NCBI GenBank assembly: GCA_964019425.1 | Contig: OZ025781.1 | Span: forward strand, 992,001 to 1,056,000 | Length of the DNA stretch: 64,000 nt | Direction: 5' to 3' | From: Flectonema sp. DT1601 | Lineage: Eukaryota | Shown: piece by piece, positions 10,872 to 22,274 of the stretch | Layout: every line of letters starts with the position of its first letter | Position numbering within the stretch: the stretch's first letter is position 1 | Position numbers and translations under genes: made by a program | The notes under the pieces: generated by a model | Seen by the model: the letters and a program-made list of their open reading frames with translations, nothing else | Told to the model about the DNA's origin: nothing | The model's database searches: none

Positions 10872-12638
10872 TCATTCGAGAGCGGCGACAGCCTCTTGGC
10901 TATTAGAGGTAACTGTAGCTAAGATTGATAATATATTTTGAACTTCAGCCTCTTCAAAAGCAGAAGCTCTAAGCTGTAAGACCAGCCTAACAACATCACC
11001 AGTATCAACACCATGAGAACCACTATTGAGGGGGATCTCGAGCAGGTGTTGGAGCTCCTCCGCAATTTTTGGAGTCGAAGGAGTTGTCGCTAGCGATCGA
11101 ATAACTGCTATTACGTGCTGATCAGAAATTTTCATATTTGTGAATATCATTTTACGAAATAATAGTTTCGATACCCTAAATTGACCAGCTCTCGCACACA
11201 AATCAAATAACCTCACAAATGAACTCTCATTATAATTTCCTTTACGAGCACTATAATCATACGCAGCTAAACCTTTTCCAAGCAACTCAACAGGATGGTA
11301 ATTTGAGTTATCGATTGGCATCTCAATAAGAGCTTCGAGATACGTTTCGAGCGCAGCAATTGAAGGAACCTCTCTCGAATCTGTCATGAAATCCCAATAT
11401 CTGTCGAGGTGCTTAATCTGAGTGGTTTTATCTTCTTTACAGATTTTAAATAAATGACTAAAGGTTTCGATGTCGTTTTCGACAACTCGTTCCTTTAAGA
11501 TTGTGATAACTGCTTCAGCTTGTGTGTGTGTGTTTGATATCCTCAACGTGTTATTACACATTGCTAGTGTTGGTCTCTCATCACTTACTTCTAAGAATTC
11601 ATACAGGTGTTCAAATGCTTTGTCAGCAGTTCTACAGCAATTGATTAGCTTTGTGTAAGCAATTTCATTCTTTTCCGTTATAAAGTTAAATATTGAAAGA
11701 GCTTTTTCATAGTCTCTGTCTATCGCACAAGCATCCAACATGTGCTGACAACATCGAGCAGTTGGATATAACTTAAATTGATTGACAATCTCTTCCCATT
11801 CTTTCCAAGCAACGTCTGGTCTATTATTTTTAACTGCGGCTTCCAAAAGTCCCTCATACATTTGTGATGTTGTCGGAATAGATTTTTCCATAGCCTCAAA
11901 CTTTAGAGACAAAGCATCATCTAATTTTCCATACGCTCCACAAAGTCTTATTAGTTGTGAATAAGAGAATGATGATACGGTTGCTCGGTGACCTTGTTGG
12001 GACTCACGCATTTTTCGAAGAACTTCAAAAGCATCTTTATATAATGCAAGAGCACCATCCTTGTGCGGTGACACCAGTAGTTTTGCGAGAGAAAGACGAA
12101 AATAACGAAACAAATGACCACAACTGTAATCGTCTAGAACATGATGACGAGCATGCATCATTCCGAATAAAGTAACAGGAGGAGGAAGAGATTCAAGATC
12201 AGCATACTTTAAAAGTAATCCAAGATCTAAAGAACAAACATCACCATCTTGAACATGTTCATAGAACTTTATGGTCCCAACTCGCTGTAGTTCTTTTGAA
12301 ATTGTGTGTTCCATTGGCTTTGGGATACCTCCTCTGAATTCAAGATCAGTCGCGTAGTATCTCATTCTCATTCTCAGGTCTTGTTTTGTCTTTACTTCAA
12401 CAGATCTGTTTGTATTATTATACTCGACTATAGATTTATATCGAACCATTGATTCCAGATCCCATTCATTCCATTCAGCTGCTTGTCGTTTCTTTTCCAT
12501 CTCAGCAATCTGCGCCTTCGTTTTAAAAACAGAATGAATCGCTCCCTTTGTTTTTTGAAATCTCGTGTCTATCCGAAACTTTGACATCGTCCGTCGCTGC
12601 TGAACGAGGTTTCGGGGAGAGTTCATTATTGTAAACAT
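10872..12638 (-). CDS. Pentatricopeptide repeat (PPR) protein, probably mitochondrial
   Basis: PPR motifs YSQLIRLCGAYGKLDDAL, YEGLLEAAVKNNRPDVAW, QHMLDACAIDRDYEKAL. Start placed at 12638 (MFTIMNSPRNLVQQRRTMSK, transit-peptide-like), just after a TTATCTTACAG acceptor; the ORF track starts at 12683. Confidence 0.85.
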   Translation of the reverse strand: MFTIMNSPRNLVQQRRTMSKFRIDTRFQKTKGAIHSVFKTKAQIAEMEKKRQAAEWNEWDLESMVRYKSIVEYNNTNRSVEVKTKQDLRMRMRYYATDLEFRGGIPKPMEHTISKELQRVGTIKFYEHVQDGDVCSLDLGLLLKYADLESLPPPVTLFGMMHARHHVLDDYSCGHLFRYFRLSLAKLLVSPHKDGALALYKDAFEVLRKMRESQQGHRATVSSFSYSQLIRLCGAYGKLDDALSLKFEAMEKSIPTTSQMYEGLLEAAVKNNRPDVAWKEWEEIVNQFKLYPTARCCQHMLDACAIDRDYEKALSIFNFITEKNEIAYTKLINCCRTADKAFEHLYEFLEVSDERPTLAMCNNTLRISNTHTQAEAVITILKERVVENDIETFSHLFKICKEDKTTQIKHLDRYWDFMTDSREVPSIAALETYLEALIEMPIDNSNYHPVELLGKGLAAYDYSARKGNYNESSFVRLFDLCARAGQFRVSKLLFRKMIFTNMKISDQHVIAVIRSLATTPSTPKIAEELQHLLEIPLNSGSHGVDTGDVVRLVLQLRASAFEEAEVQNILSILATVTSNSQEAVAALE

Positions 12639-12683
12639 GATCTGTAAGATAATAAATAATATAACGATTCCCTTATCGGGCAT

Positions 12684-13840
12684 GGGGTTAAAATCAGTAA
12701 TAACTCATGTTAATATTTTTCCTTTAAAAAAAAAGAATTTTAAAATAAGAATATATCTAACGGCCCTGCAGTTAGTTCGCAATTAGCGTGGTAATTAAAA
12801 ATAATATTTGATATGGGCAGATTCCCTACAAAGTGTAACACCAATACAAAGACGATGTCCTTGGACAAGAATTAACTAAAAACCATTGCAGCAATTTCTG
12901 CACAAGGCGACAAAAAAGTCAATTAGACAAAACAGGAACAGAAACAAGTTAGTATATGAGATTATTTGAAAAAAAAAGAAAAAAAAATGCATTTAAGATA
13001 CTAAGATAAGTATGTTCTTGAGACTTTATTCTAAATTTATTATAAAATCAGTTTCAACAGTAATTCTTATCCAAAGAACTGATAATAACAAAACGGAACA
13101 TAAACAAGGTTGGGTTATTATGAATTTTGATAATTAAAACATAGATAGCTATCTAATCAAACGTTACTATATTATGAGTGCTCTACGAGGGTAATTCACA
13201 GTAACAGAAGACACAATCAGTAGCCGATTCCGAAGACCATTTAATTTAATTTATAAAAATATTAATGAACACGAATCTTCAGCTTTCCATCCTTTGCCTA
13301 CCTTATTAAACTATTGAGCTAATAAAAAAAATATAAAAATAAATAATGAAATAAATAATCAATTTTGAATTAAATTTATTGATACTCAATTCTGTAGAAG
13401 ACAGTAGGAGATAATACAATAAAAAAAAAAAATAAATAAAAAATGAAGAAAGGGGTTTATAATGTCAAGGAAATTTTACTTTCAACAAATATCAAAAGTA
13501 AAAAGGAAATTAATAATTCCGTTACTCCGATTAATAGGTCTGTCAGTCTTTCACAAATGTAAAACAAAAAATGCCTCACACACAAGGAAACACTCACAGC
13601 CATTAAAAAGGGAAGGTGGAAATGGTGTGTAAGTAATAAAAATAAAAAAAAACGAACGAAATTTCCATTCCATATAAAACCTTTCATTAAATAATTATTA
13701 ATATCCAAAGGGACTTACCGAAGGATTGAAGAAAGAGTACCACAAAACTTGGGCAATACGAATAACTATATCAAGAAACGGAATCAAAAGGAAGCTGAGG
13801 TGAGATAGTCAGTTTTGGTTCTTAGCCGTTACGGAACAAG
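12684..13840. repeat. Segmentally duplicated intergenic block (copies ~16910-18010 and, in part, ~32395-32731)
   Basis: Long near-identical stretches. Examples: GGGTTAAAATCAGTAATAACTCATG at ~12685 and ~16913; GGGACTTACCGAAGGATTGAAG at ~13709, ~17879 and ~32602. Confidence 0.9.
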
Positions 13841-14149
13841 TTATTTAGGCAAACTATCCTTTACTACACAAATAAGTTTCAAAAACGGGACGTTTATTCA
13901 AATCTAAAATAATAAAATCCCCAAACTTTACACGAGACGCGCAGCTATCTGTTGTGAAAGATGTGGTCTAATTATCCGTATTACCTCAAGGCTGACAGTC
14001 AAGATTGTCGGAGAAATTATTGTTCCTTTTGAGCTTCAGAATGCAGTATCAAATTATCCTCGACTTCCTATAACTGGACTGGTACTGTCGTCATGATTAA
14101 TGTCACAAATAACAAATGATCGATCCTCGATATGACAAACTCAAATATA

Positions 14150-16363
14150 TCAAATCGCAAGAAGCCTATCAGCTTCTTCCAGAGTCCATAAAAATTGATT
14201 CAGCGGAAGAGACATGTTGAGGACATCTCTTCTCCAACCACCACTTGAGAAATTTGTGATGTTGTAGTGTTCCGGAATCGAGTCTTCAGAAAACAACCAT
14301 CTGATAACATGAATATTCGATCCCATCGAAAGGAAGACATAAAAAGGATCTTCTTGCGATGCATGTTTCATTGTCGCTTCTATGATAACAGACCTTGAAC
14401 GCATCAGAAATCCTAACGTCAGGTCAGCCCCAAAGACCCCAAACATCACAGCAACGTTTTCTAACATGCTCGATAATTTCATAAAACTATATTTTGAAAA
14501 CTCCACAGTCATCGGCTTCCAACCAGCTGACTTCGCTCCCTTCATAAGTTCCCCAGAGTTCGGGAGAAATCTCGTCCCACCTGCTCTCCTGTTTATGAAT
14601 AGAAGCTGCTTTCTATCACCAAGTGGAAGAGGAGAGAAATTATAACCAAAGTTACCTGTTAGCCAATGTCTTACGAGCGGTAATATGCTGTAAGTATACT
14701 TCGATAAAGGGGATAATCGAGGTGGTGGACACGCAACAATTACTTTTCTAAAACAAACTGTCCCCTGATAACCATGAGTACCATTCCCTGAATAGGATGG
14801 AGCAGTTATCACTTTATCAAGAAATGGAATATTTAGTTTATCCGCATATTTAAACCACCAATCACCTCGAAGTACCGAAGATGCATAATGCGGCCTCGGC
14901 TCACTGTAATAAGAAAGTGTTGTTGGCCGACACTTATATTTCCATCCGTGGTCGAGATTCCACTTCTTCCCGCGTTTTGATTTCCGTTTAAAAGAGCAGA
15001 GAGGAATCATTGGAATTACTCGACTGATATTATGAAGACTCAATGCATGGATCACAACTCCCCATAATTCTCCCAACCAGTGGGCCCAATTTTCGATGCC
15101 GGTACTCCTTTGCAGGTAGCCATTCCTAACAACCAAAAGAGGACTTTCTTCCCAATGGTCACAAGTGTCTTTGCTAATGTTTTCCCCCATCTTTATCCCC
15201 GAGAGGTAAAGTTGATCTCCAGGTGCCCACTGGTCTTTAAACTTACGAAAAGTGCCGTCTACAAGTGCTCCTTGAAATTCTCTTTGCATCAGACCAGCCA
15301 TGGCACCAACATAAATTCTTGGTTTTGCATAAGTCGTAGGGCACAACATTAACCCATCACAGCAACTACACGTTAAGAGGCTATCATCTTGCAGCCAACA
15401 ACTGCTTGCTTCAATAGTATCATTGTGATAGTCTATGAGGATGTCCTTTATATCTGAGAGAGAAGTTCCATTTACTACCGCTGGATGGATATCAAAAGTA
15501 TCTTTAGATACTTGAGTTCTTAATGCAGGGAAACAACGGGGTGGCCAATCAAGTTGAGACGGCCACTTTTTAGAAAGAAATGCCGTTGTTTCTATAAGAT
15601 CGTCAGCTTGTGTTGTATTGTCAGCTTGTGTTGTATTGTCAGCTTGTGTTGTATTGTCAGCTTGTGTTGTATTGTCAGCTTGTGTTGTATTGTCAGCTTG
15701 TGTTGTATTGTCAGCTTGTGTTGTATTGTCAGCTTGTGTTGTATTGTCAGCTTGTGTTGTATTGTCAGCTTGTGTTGTATTGTCAGCTTGTGTTGTATTG
15801 TCAGTGTCAGTTGGTTCTTGTAGTTGGTCTGCTTCACCCAGTTGGGAGGTATCTGACGATCCATTGAAGTTACCCTGAAGTTGATCATCAGCTTGTGTTG
15901 TATTGTCAGCTTGTGTTGTATTGTCAGCTTGTGTTGTATTGTCAGTGTCAGTTAGTTCTTGTAGTCGGTTTGCTTCACCCAGTTGGGAGGTTTCCTTAAC
16001 TGACGATACGTTGAAGTTATTTTGAAGTTGCTCATTATGGTGTGTTAAATTCTCAATGTCGGGCATTGCTGTCGGCAGGTCTCCTTGAATCTGTTGCTCT
16101 GAAATGTCACTACTAATAAATCCTTTCCGAGTAGATACTTTGTTTGTGCCATACGATTGTAAGGTTTGCTCATTATTATTAGTGATGTATATTTCATCGT
16201 ATCTCTTTTTCTTTATCCTTTTGATATCAATTGTGATGTTTCTACGAACTAATACACTTGTCATAGCCTCGAGTGTCTTTGGCTGATAAGAAGTTGAGAA
16301 GATCATCAACAGTAGTGCGGCGCTAAATATTAGCACCAATCTGAACCTTATCTTGGATCCCAT
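14150..16363 (-). CDS. GT61/DUF563-like type II membrane glycosyltransferase, copy 1 (737 aa)
   Basis: N-terminal signal anchor and DNTTQA repeat stem. NWAHWLGE, LLFINRR...TRFLPNSGEL and VMFGVFGADLT...VIIE match the GT61 N..H, I.R..R.I.N and GVHGAGL motifs. Confidence 0.75.
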   Translation of the reverse strand: MGSKIRFRLVLIFSAALLLMIFSTSYQPKTLEAMTSVLVRRNITIDIKRIKKKRYDEIYITNNNEQTLQSYGTNKVSTRKGFISSDISEQQIQGDLPTAMPDIENLTHHNEQLQNNFNVSSVKETSQLGEANRLQELTDTDNTTQADNTTQADNTTQADDQLQGNFNGSSDTSQLGEADQLQEPTDTDNTTQADNTTQADNTTQADNTTQADNTTQADNTTQADNTTQADNTTQADNTTQADNTTQADNTTQADDLIETTAFLSKKWPSQLDWPPRCFPALRTQVSKDTFDIHPAVVNGTSLSDIKDILIDYHNDTIEASSCWLQDDSLLTCSCCDGLMLCPTTYAKPRIYVGAMAGLMQREFQGALVDGTFRKFKDQWAPGDQLYLSGIKMGENISKDTCDHWEESPLLVVRNGYLQRSTGIENWAHWLGELWGVVIHALSLHNISRVIPMIPLCSFKRKSKRGKKWNLDHGWKYKCRPTTLSYYSEPRPHYASSVLRGDWWFKYADKLNIPFLDKVITAPSYSGNGTHGYQGTVCFRKVIVACPPPRLSPLSKYTYSILPLVRHWLTGNFGYNFSPLPLGDRKQLLFINRRAGGTRFLPNSGELMKGAKSAGWKPMTVEFSKYSFMKLSSMLENVAVMFGVFGADLTLGFLMRSRSVIIEATMKHASQEDPFYVFLSMGSNIHVIRWLFSEDSIPEHYNITNFSSGGWRRDVLNMSLPLNQFLWTLEEADRLLAI
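15603..15804 (-). repeat. 18-bp coding minisatellite (GACAATACAACACAAGCT)x11 encoding DNTTQA
   Basis: Perfect tandem units. Further blocks at ~15890-15945, within 20065-20555 and at ~34622-34696. Confidence 0.95.
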
Positions 16364-16480
16364 TTTGATTTTTTAGTACATTTACAACTTTATAAAAGGA
16401 AATTATTTATCAAAATACATAACACAACTCAAAAAGGTGAATGAGTTTCAGACACTCCTGACGAATCAGCATATGTTTCA

Positions 16481-16575
16481 ACATTTTAAATATATTTTGT
16501 CTTGAAGTTGTAATATTTAACATTGCTCATCTCCCAGTTGCGTGGAGGTAGAACCAACGAGCTCAATCCTTACTT
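16481..16575 (-). pseudogene. Degraded fragment of CCDC47 exon 3
   Basis: Matches 8843-8955 (CCCAGTTGCGTGGAGGTAGAACCAACGAGCTC) with small internal deletions. Confidence 0.85.
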
Positions 16576-18610
16576 ACTCGAAAATTACTGATTTTGTCCC
16601 ATTTTACCGATTTTAACCCTTTCCTTATGTACTGAAGTTCCGTGCCGTTTCCACACCACAGCTGCTCATTAGACTCAGGAAGAGTACCTGACCCCGAAGA
16701 GTTTGTGAATGCAGTGCACAGATCAGCAAAGAAAACGACAGGTTTCTCACGCTCCAACGAAGGACGCCGGGTCTTGGATAAATAAATCAGGGTAAAGAAA
16801 AACTTACGTCTTGCTATTACTATGTAGAAGATCTGGAATCCTAAACTTCTCCAAAAATACAACGAGAAAAAGGGTTCAAAATCGGTAATTAACTTTCAGA
16901 CTGTAAGAAAAAGGGTTAAAATCAGTAATAACTCATGTTAATATTTTTTCCTTTAAAAAAAAAGAATTTTAAAATAAGAATATATCTAACGGCCCTGCAG
17001 TTAGTTCGCAATTAGCGCGGTAATTAAAAATAATATTTGATATGGGCAGATTCCCTACAAAGTGTAACACCAATACAAAGACGATGTCCTTGGACACAAA
17101 GTAAGACAAGAATTGACTTAGCGAACGCATTGCAGCAATTTCTGCACAAGGCGACAAAAAGTCAATAAAGATTAAAACAAAACCAGCAACAACAGAAACA
17201 AGTTAGTATATGAGATTATTTAAAAATAAGAAAGAAAGAAAAGAAAAAAATGCATTTAAGAAAATAAGATAAGTATGTTCTTGAGACTTTATTCTAAATT
17301 TATTATAAAATCAGTTTCAACAGTAATTCTTATCCAAAGAACTGATAATAACAAAACGGAACATAAACAAGGTTGGGTTATTATGAATTTTGATAATTAA
17401 AACATAGATAGCTATCTAATCAAACGTTACTATATTATGAGTGCTCTACGAGGGTAATTCACAGTAACAGAAGACACAATCCGCATTGATTGTTGAATTA
17501 GCTTCAACTGATGTAATTTAATTTATAAAAATAATAATGAACACTAATCTTCAGCTTTCCATCCTTGCCTACCTTATTAAACTATTTATGTGTGCGCAAA
17601 CCGAAAACAACCCAATAAAGTAAGGGTGTTAACGTTACCCTGCCACAATTCTATTTTCGCTCATGAAACATGTCTTCGAGATGAAAAAATAATAATAATA
17701 TTCCACTCTCCCCTAGCTGTCACAAATGTAAAACAAAAAATGCCTCACACACAAGGAAACACTCACAGCCATTAAAAAGGGAAGGTGGAAATGGTGTGTA
17801 AGTAATAAAAATAAAAAAAAACGAACGAAATTTCCATTCCATATAAAACCTTTCATTAAATAATTATTAATATCCAAAGGGACTTACCGAAGGATTGAAG
17901 AAAGAGTACCACAAAACTTGGGCAATACGAATAACTATATCAAGAAACGGAATCAAAAGGAAGTTGAAGTGAGATAGTCAGTTTTGGTTCTTAGCCGTTA
18001 CGGAACAAGGCCCAGCCTGACAAAACATCGAACTAGAATTTAAAAGGAAAATAAAACAACGAACACACGCTTGATTGACAACAGCCCACTCTAGACTCGA
18101 TCAGAGAAGGGTTATTTGAACGGAAGTATATCATAGCGTTGAGAGCAGGTTACAAGTAGATTACTACTAATTGCGAGAGCTTGTATTGTTTTGAAATTGA
18201 GCAAAGCTCATCTTGATGATCATTAATTAAGTCTTCTGTGTCACGAAAAGTCTGCTGTGGAGGGAAAGTAAAGCCTGGGTAGTCTACATAACGAATGTGT
18301 ATTAAAAATAAAAGAGAGTATTTAGGCAAACTATCCTTTACTACACAAATAAGTTTCAAAAACGGGCAAATCTAAAATAATAACATCTCCAAACTTTACA
18401 CGAGACTCAACGAGGCCTCAGCTAAAATTCTTTTTTTCCGAAAACCCAGGTTGGTTCTGAAACTATTTGTGTAGGAAAGGCCTCCCCTTACCCAAGTTAT
18501 TATTTCCGATGCGGTACTAAACTAAAGAAAACAACATTAAAGTCATCCCCTCGACTGACTATTTCACAAATAACAAATGATCGATCCTCGATATGACAAA
18601 CTCAAATATA

Positions 18611-21040
18611 TCAAATCGCAAGAAGCCTATCAGCTTCTTCCAGAGTCCATAAAAATTGATTCAGCGGAAGAGACATGTTGAAGACATCTCTTCTCCAACC
18701 ACCACTTGAGAAATTTGTGATGTTGTAGTGTTCCGGAATCGAGTCTTCAGAAAACAACCATCTGATAACATGAATATTCGATCCCATCGAAAGGAAGACA
18801 TAAAAAGGATCTTCTTGCGATGCATGTTTCATTGTCGCTTCTATGATAACAGACCTTGAACGCATCAGAAATCCTAACGTCAGGTCAGCCCCAAAGACCC
18901 CAAACATCACAGCAACGTTTTCTAACATGCTCGATAATTTCATAAAACTATATTTTGAAAACTCCACAGTCATCGGCTTCCAACCAGCTGACTTCGCTCC
19001 CTTCATAAGTTCCCCAGAGTTCGGGAGAAATCTCGTCCCACCTGCTCTCCTGTTTATGAATAGAAGCTGCTTTCTATCACCAAGTGGAAGAGGAGAGAAA
19101 TTATAACCAAAGTTACCTGTTAGCCAATGTCTTACGAGCGGTAATATGCTGTAAGTATACTTCGATATAGGGGATAATCGAGGTGGTGGACACGCAACAA
19201 TTACTTTTCTAAAACAAACTGTCCCCTGATAACCATGAGTACCATTCCCTGAATAGGATGGAGCAGTTATCACTTTATCAAGAAATGGAATATTTAGTTT
19301 ATCCGCATATTTAAACCACCAATCACCTCGAAGTACCGAAGATGCATAATGCGGCCTCGGCTCACTGTAATAAGAAAGTGTTGTTGGCCGACACTTATAT
19401 TTCCATCCGTGGTCGAGATTCCACATCTTCCCGCGTTTTGATTTCCGTTTAAAAGAGCAGAGAGGAATCATTGGAATTACTCGACTGATATTATGAAGAC
19501 TCAATGCATGGATCACAACTCCCCATAATTCTCCCAGCCAGTGGCCCAAATTGTTGATGCCGGTACTCCTTTGCAGGTAGCCATTCCTAACAACCAAAAG
19601 AGGACTTTCTTCCCAATGGTCACAAGTGTCTTTGCTAATGTTTTCCCCCATCTTTATCCCCGAGAGGTAAAGTTGATTTCCAGGTGCCCACTGATCTTCG
19701 AACTGACGAAAAGTGCCGTCTACAAGTGCTCCTTGAAATTCTCTTTGCATCAGACCAGCCATGGCACCGACATAAGTACTTGGGCTTGCATAAGTCGTAG
19801 GACACAACATTAACCCATCACAGCAACTACACGTTAAGAGGCTATCATCTTGTAGCCAACAACTGCTTGCTTCAATAGTATCATTGTGATAGTCTATGAG
19901 GATGTCCTTTATATCTGAGAGAGAAGTTCCATTTACTACCGCTGGATGGATATCAAAAGTATCTTTAGATACTTGAGTTCTTAATGCAGGGAAACAACGG
20001 GGTGGCCAATCAAGTTGAGACGGCCACTTTTTAGAAAGAAATGCCGTTGTTTCTATAAGATCGTCAGCTTGTGTTGTATTGTCAGTGTCAGTTGGTTCTT
20101 GTAGTTGGTTTGCTTCACCCAGTTGGGAGGTATTCGACGATCCATTGAAGTTTCCCTGAAGTTCATCATCAGCTTGTGTTGTATTGTCAGCTTGTGTTGT
20201 ATTGTCAGTTGGTTCTTGTAGTTGGTCTGCTTCACCTAATTGGGAGTTATCTGACGATCCATTGAAGTTACCCTGAAGTTGATCATCAGCTTGTGTTGTA
20301 TTGTCAGCTTGTGTTGAATTGTCAGCTTGTGTTGTATTGTCAGCTTGTGTTGTATTGTCAGCTTGTGTTGTATTGTCAGTGTCAGTTAGTTCTTGTAGTC
20401 GGTTTGCTTCACCTAATTGGGAGTTATCTGACGATCCATTGAAGTTACCCTGAAGTTGATCATCAGCTTGTGTTGTATTGTCAGCTTGTGTTGTATTGTC
20501 AGCTTGTGTTGTATTGTCAGCTTGTGTTGTATTGTCAGCTTGTGTTGTATTGTCAGTGTCAGGTTCTGTAAGTTCTTCAATTAAATCATTTTGTCCATTA
20601 CTTGAATCACTACTATCGATTGTTTCGTTTGATTCTCGTAGTCGGTTTGCTTCACCCAGTTGGGAGGTTGCCTTAACTGACGATACGTTGAAGTTACTTT
20701 GAAGTTGCTCATTATGGTGTGTTAAATTCTCAATGTCGGGCATTGCTGTCGGCAGGTCTCCTTGAATCTGTTGCTCTGAAATGTCACTACTAATAAATCC
20801 TTTCCGAGTAGATACTTTGTTTGTGCCATACGATTGTAAGGTTTGCTCATTATTATTAGTGATGTATATTTCATCGTATCTCTTTTTCTTTATCCTTTTG
20901 ATATCAATTGTGATGTTTCTACGAACTAATACACTTGTCATAGCCTCGAGTGTCTTTGGCTGATCAGAAGTTGAGAAGATCATCAACAGTAGTGTGGCGC
21001 TAATAATTAGCACCAATCTGATTCTTGTTCTGAAACCCAT
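18611..21040 (-). CDS. GT61/DUF563-like glycosyltransferase, copy 2 (809 aa)
   Basis: Near-identical paralogue of 14150..16363 with a longer repeat stem. Confidence 0.75.
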   Translation of the reverse strand: MGFRTRIRLVLIISATLLLMIFSTSDQPKTLEAMTSVLVRRNITIDIKRIKKKRYDEIYITNNNEQTLQSYGTNKVSTRKGFISSDISEQQIQGDLPTAMPDIENLTHHNEQLQSNFNVSSVKATSQLGEANRLRESNETIDSSDSSNGQNDLIEELTEPDTDNTTQADNTTQADNTTQADNTTQADNTTQADDQLQGNFNGSSDNSQLGEANRLQELTDTDNTTQADNTTQADNTTQADNSTQADNTTQADDQLQGNFNGSSDNSQLGEADQLQEPTDNTTQADNTTQADDELQGNFNGSSNTSQLGEANQLQEPTDTDNTTQADDLIETTAFLSKKWPSQLDWPPRCFPALRTQVSKDTFDIHPAVVNGTSLSDIKDILIDYHNDTIEASSCWLQDDSLLTCSCCDGLMLCPTTYASPSTYVGAMAGLMQREFQGALVDGTFRQFEDQWAPGNQLYLSGIKMGENISKDTCDHWEESPLLVVRNGYLQRSTGINNLGHWLGELWGVVIHALSLHNISRVIPMIPLCSFKRKSKRGKMWNLDHGWKYKCRPTTLSYYSEPRPHYASSVLRGDWWFKYADKLNIPFLDKVITAPSYSGNGTHGYQGTVCFRKVIVACPPPRLSPISKYTYSILPLVRHWLTGNFGYNFSPLPLGDRKQLLFINRRAGGTRFLPNSGELMKGAKSAGWKPMTVEFSKYSFMKLSSMLENVAVMFGVFGADLTLGFLMRSRSVIIEATMKHASQEDPFYVFLSMGSNIHVIRWLFSEDSIPEHYNITNFSSGGWRRDVFNMSLPLNQFLWTLEEADRLLAI

Positions 21041-21167
21041 TTGTTATGTTTAGTACATTTACAACTTTATAATAGAATTGAATTGAATTAGTTATCAAAA
21101 AAACACAACTTCCAAAAATAACATCTCCTAAAAAATCACCTTCGACCTTCGAACTTAAAGATTTTTC

Positions 21168-21842
21168 TTAGAACCCATCTAATACTTTCCATCTCTCAGT
21201 GAGATGGTACTGTAGGCTCTGTAGATGTTTTCTGAATGAGCGAAGATGCCGACTGAAGTGACTCCCCAGAAACCACACGCTGTGTGTCCTCTTAGCATAG
21301 CTGATGCTCCAACGTAAGTCATTCAACCAATGACACCAATTACTACGACTCCCCAGGGTTCGATTACAGCAAAACCAGCTGTGATGGCACCAAACCCCCA
21401 TCGCTGCTCCTAATGTAGTTGTGGCGGCAACCTTGGCTGATACAACACCAGCTCCTCCAGTGATAGCTAGAGTTGACACGCAGTTGAATCCATACCACCC
21501 AAACCAAAGAATGAATACACCTAAAGCTTGTTGTGGGATACTGTGAGGAGCTTCTGAAAACACCTGAAATTAAATTATTAAAATATTACAAAAACCTTTC
21601 TGCAATAATAAAAGATTACATGCCATTCTCAAATCGATAACCTGTTGCAAGAGCAGCTGGGTCTTCCTGTCCTGTAAGTCTTCCTCTTCTAGGTCCTAAC
21701 ATGACTGATCCAGCGAGAGCAGAAAACCCACCAGTCATGTGGACTACATAACACCGAGTTGACCGTATTTTAAAGTAGTCCTTTGATCCGTCGTTGAATG
21801 CTGATGCCCATCCACATGTAGACCAACCCCAGTAGACAACAA
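21168..21842 (-). pseudogene. Ammonium transporter (Amt/MEP) pseudogene fragment
   Basis: Contains VVYWGWSTCGWA, VVHMTGGFSALAGSVMLGPRRGR and [14 protein letters not shown]. The DFAG motif and N-terminus are missing, and the frame is lost after GAAMG. Confidence 0.85.
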
Positions 21843-22274
21843 CTTTATAACTTTATTAAAAAAGGTTTTTTGTTTGTGTCACGAAACCGTGAACCGACTT
21901 AAACTGATAAAGCTAAAGCAGGTTTACGTGTGCTGCCAACATTCTTTTTCGTTTTTACAATACTTGTTAAATGCAAAAAAAAGAACTCCACACCACAAAG
22001 CACTGTACAAAGAGATAAAAACCAGAAAACGAAGCGTTGCTATGATTGAAGCTTTATTCGTACACAAGCTACTGAACAAGTTTTTTTTTTTTTCTTTTTA
22101 AATGGCGTTTGAGTTATAAACATATCTCTCTGTTTGCTGCTACCTTAACCAATATTATCATTTGCTATAATTATAGTTTCTAGCTTTCAATTACTATTTA
22201 GAATATCAAATGAATAAACAAAGCATAACGAAACCTATAAAAAATATAATCACTACCTCACATCTAGTGAGCTA

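Noticed and set aside
13714..13840. Selenoprotein K-like micro-exon (…IAQVLWYSFFNPS)
   Set aside because: Frame not conserved in the diverged copy, no start codon, and no Gly/Pro-rich Sec tail found.
15554..15888. Repetitive ORFs (CCIVSL)n, (LYCQLV)n, (TIQHKL)n and a CRISPR-like appearance
   Set aside because: These are alternative frames of the 18-bp coding minisatellite. Units are contiguous with no spacers.
18449..18495. Possible degenerate hammerhead copy (GTTGGTT...CCCCTTACCCA; also ~33006-33052)
   Set aside because: Only short matches; both catalytic core segments are absent.
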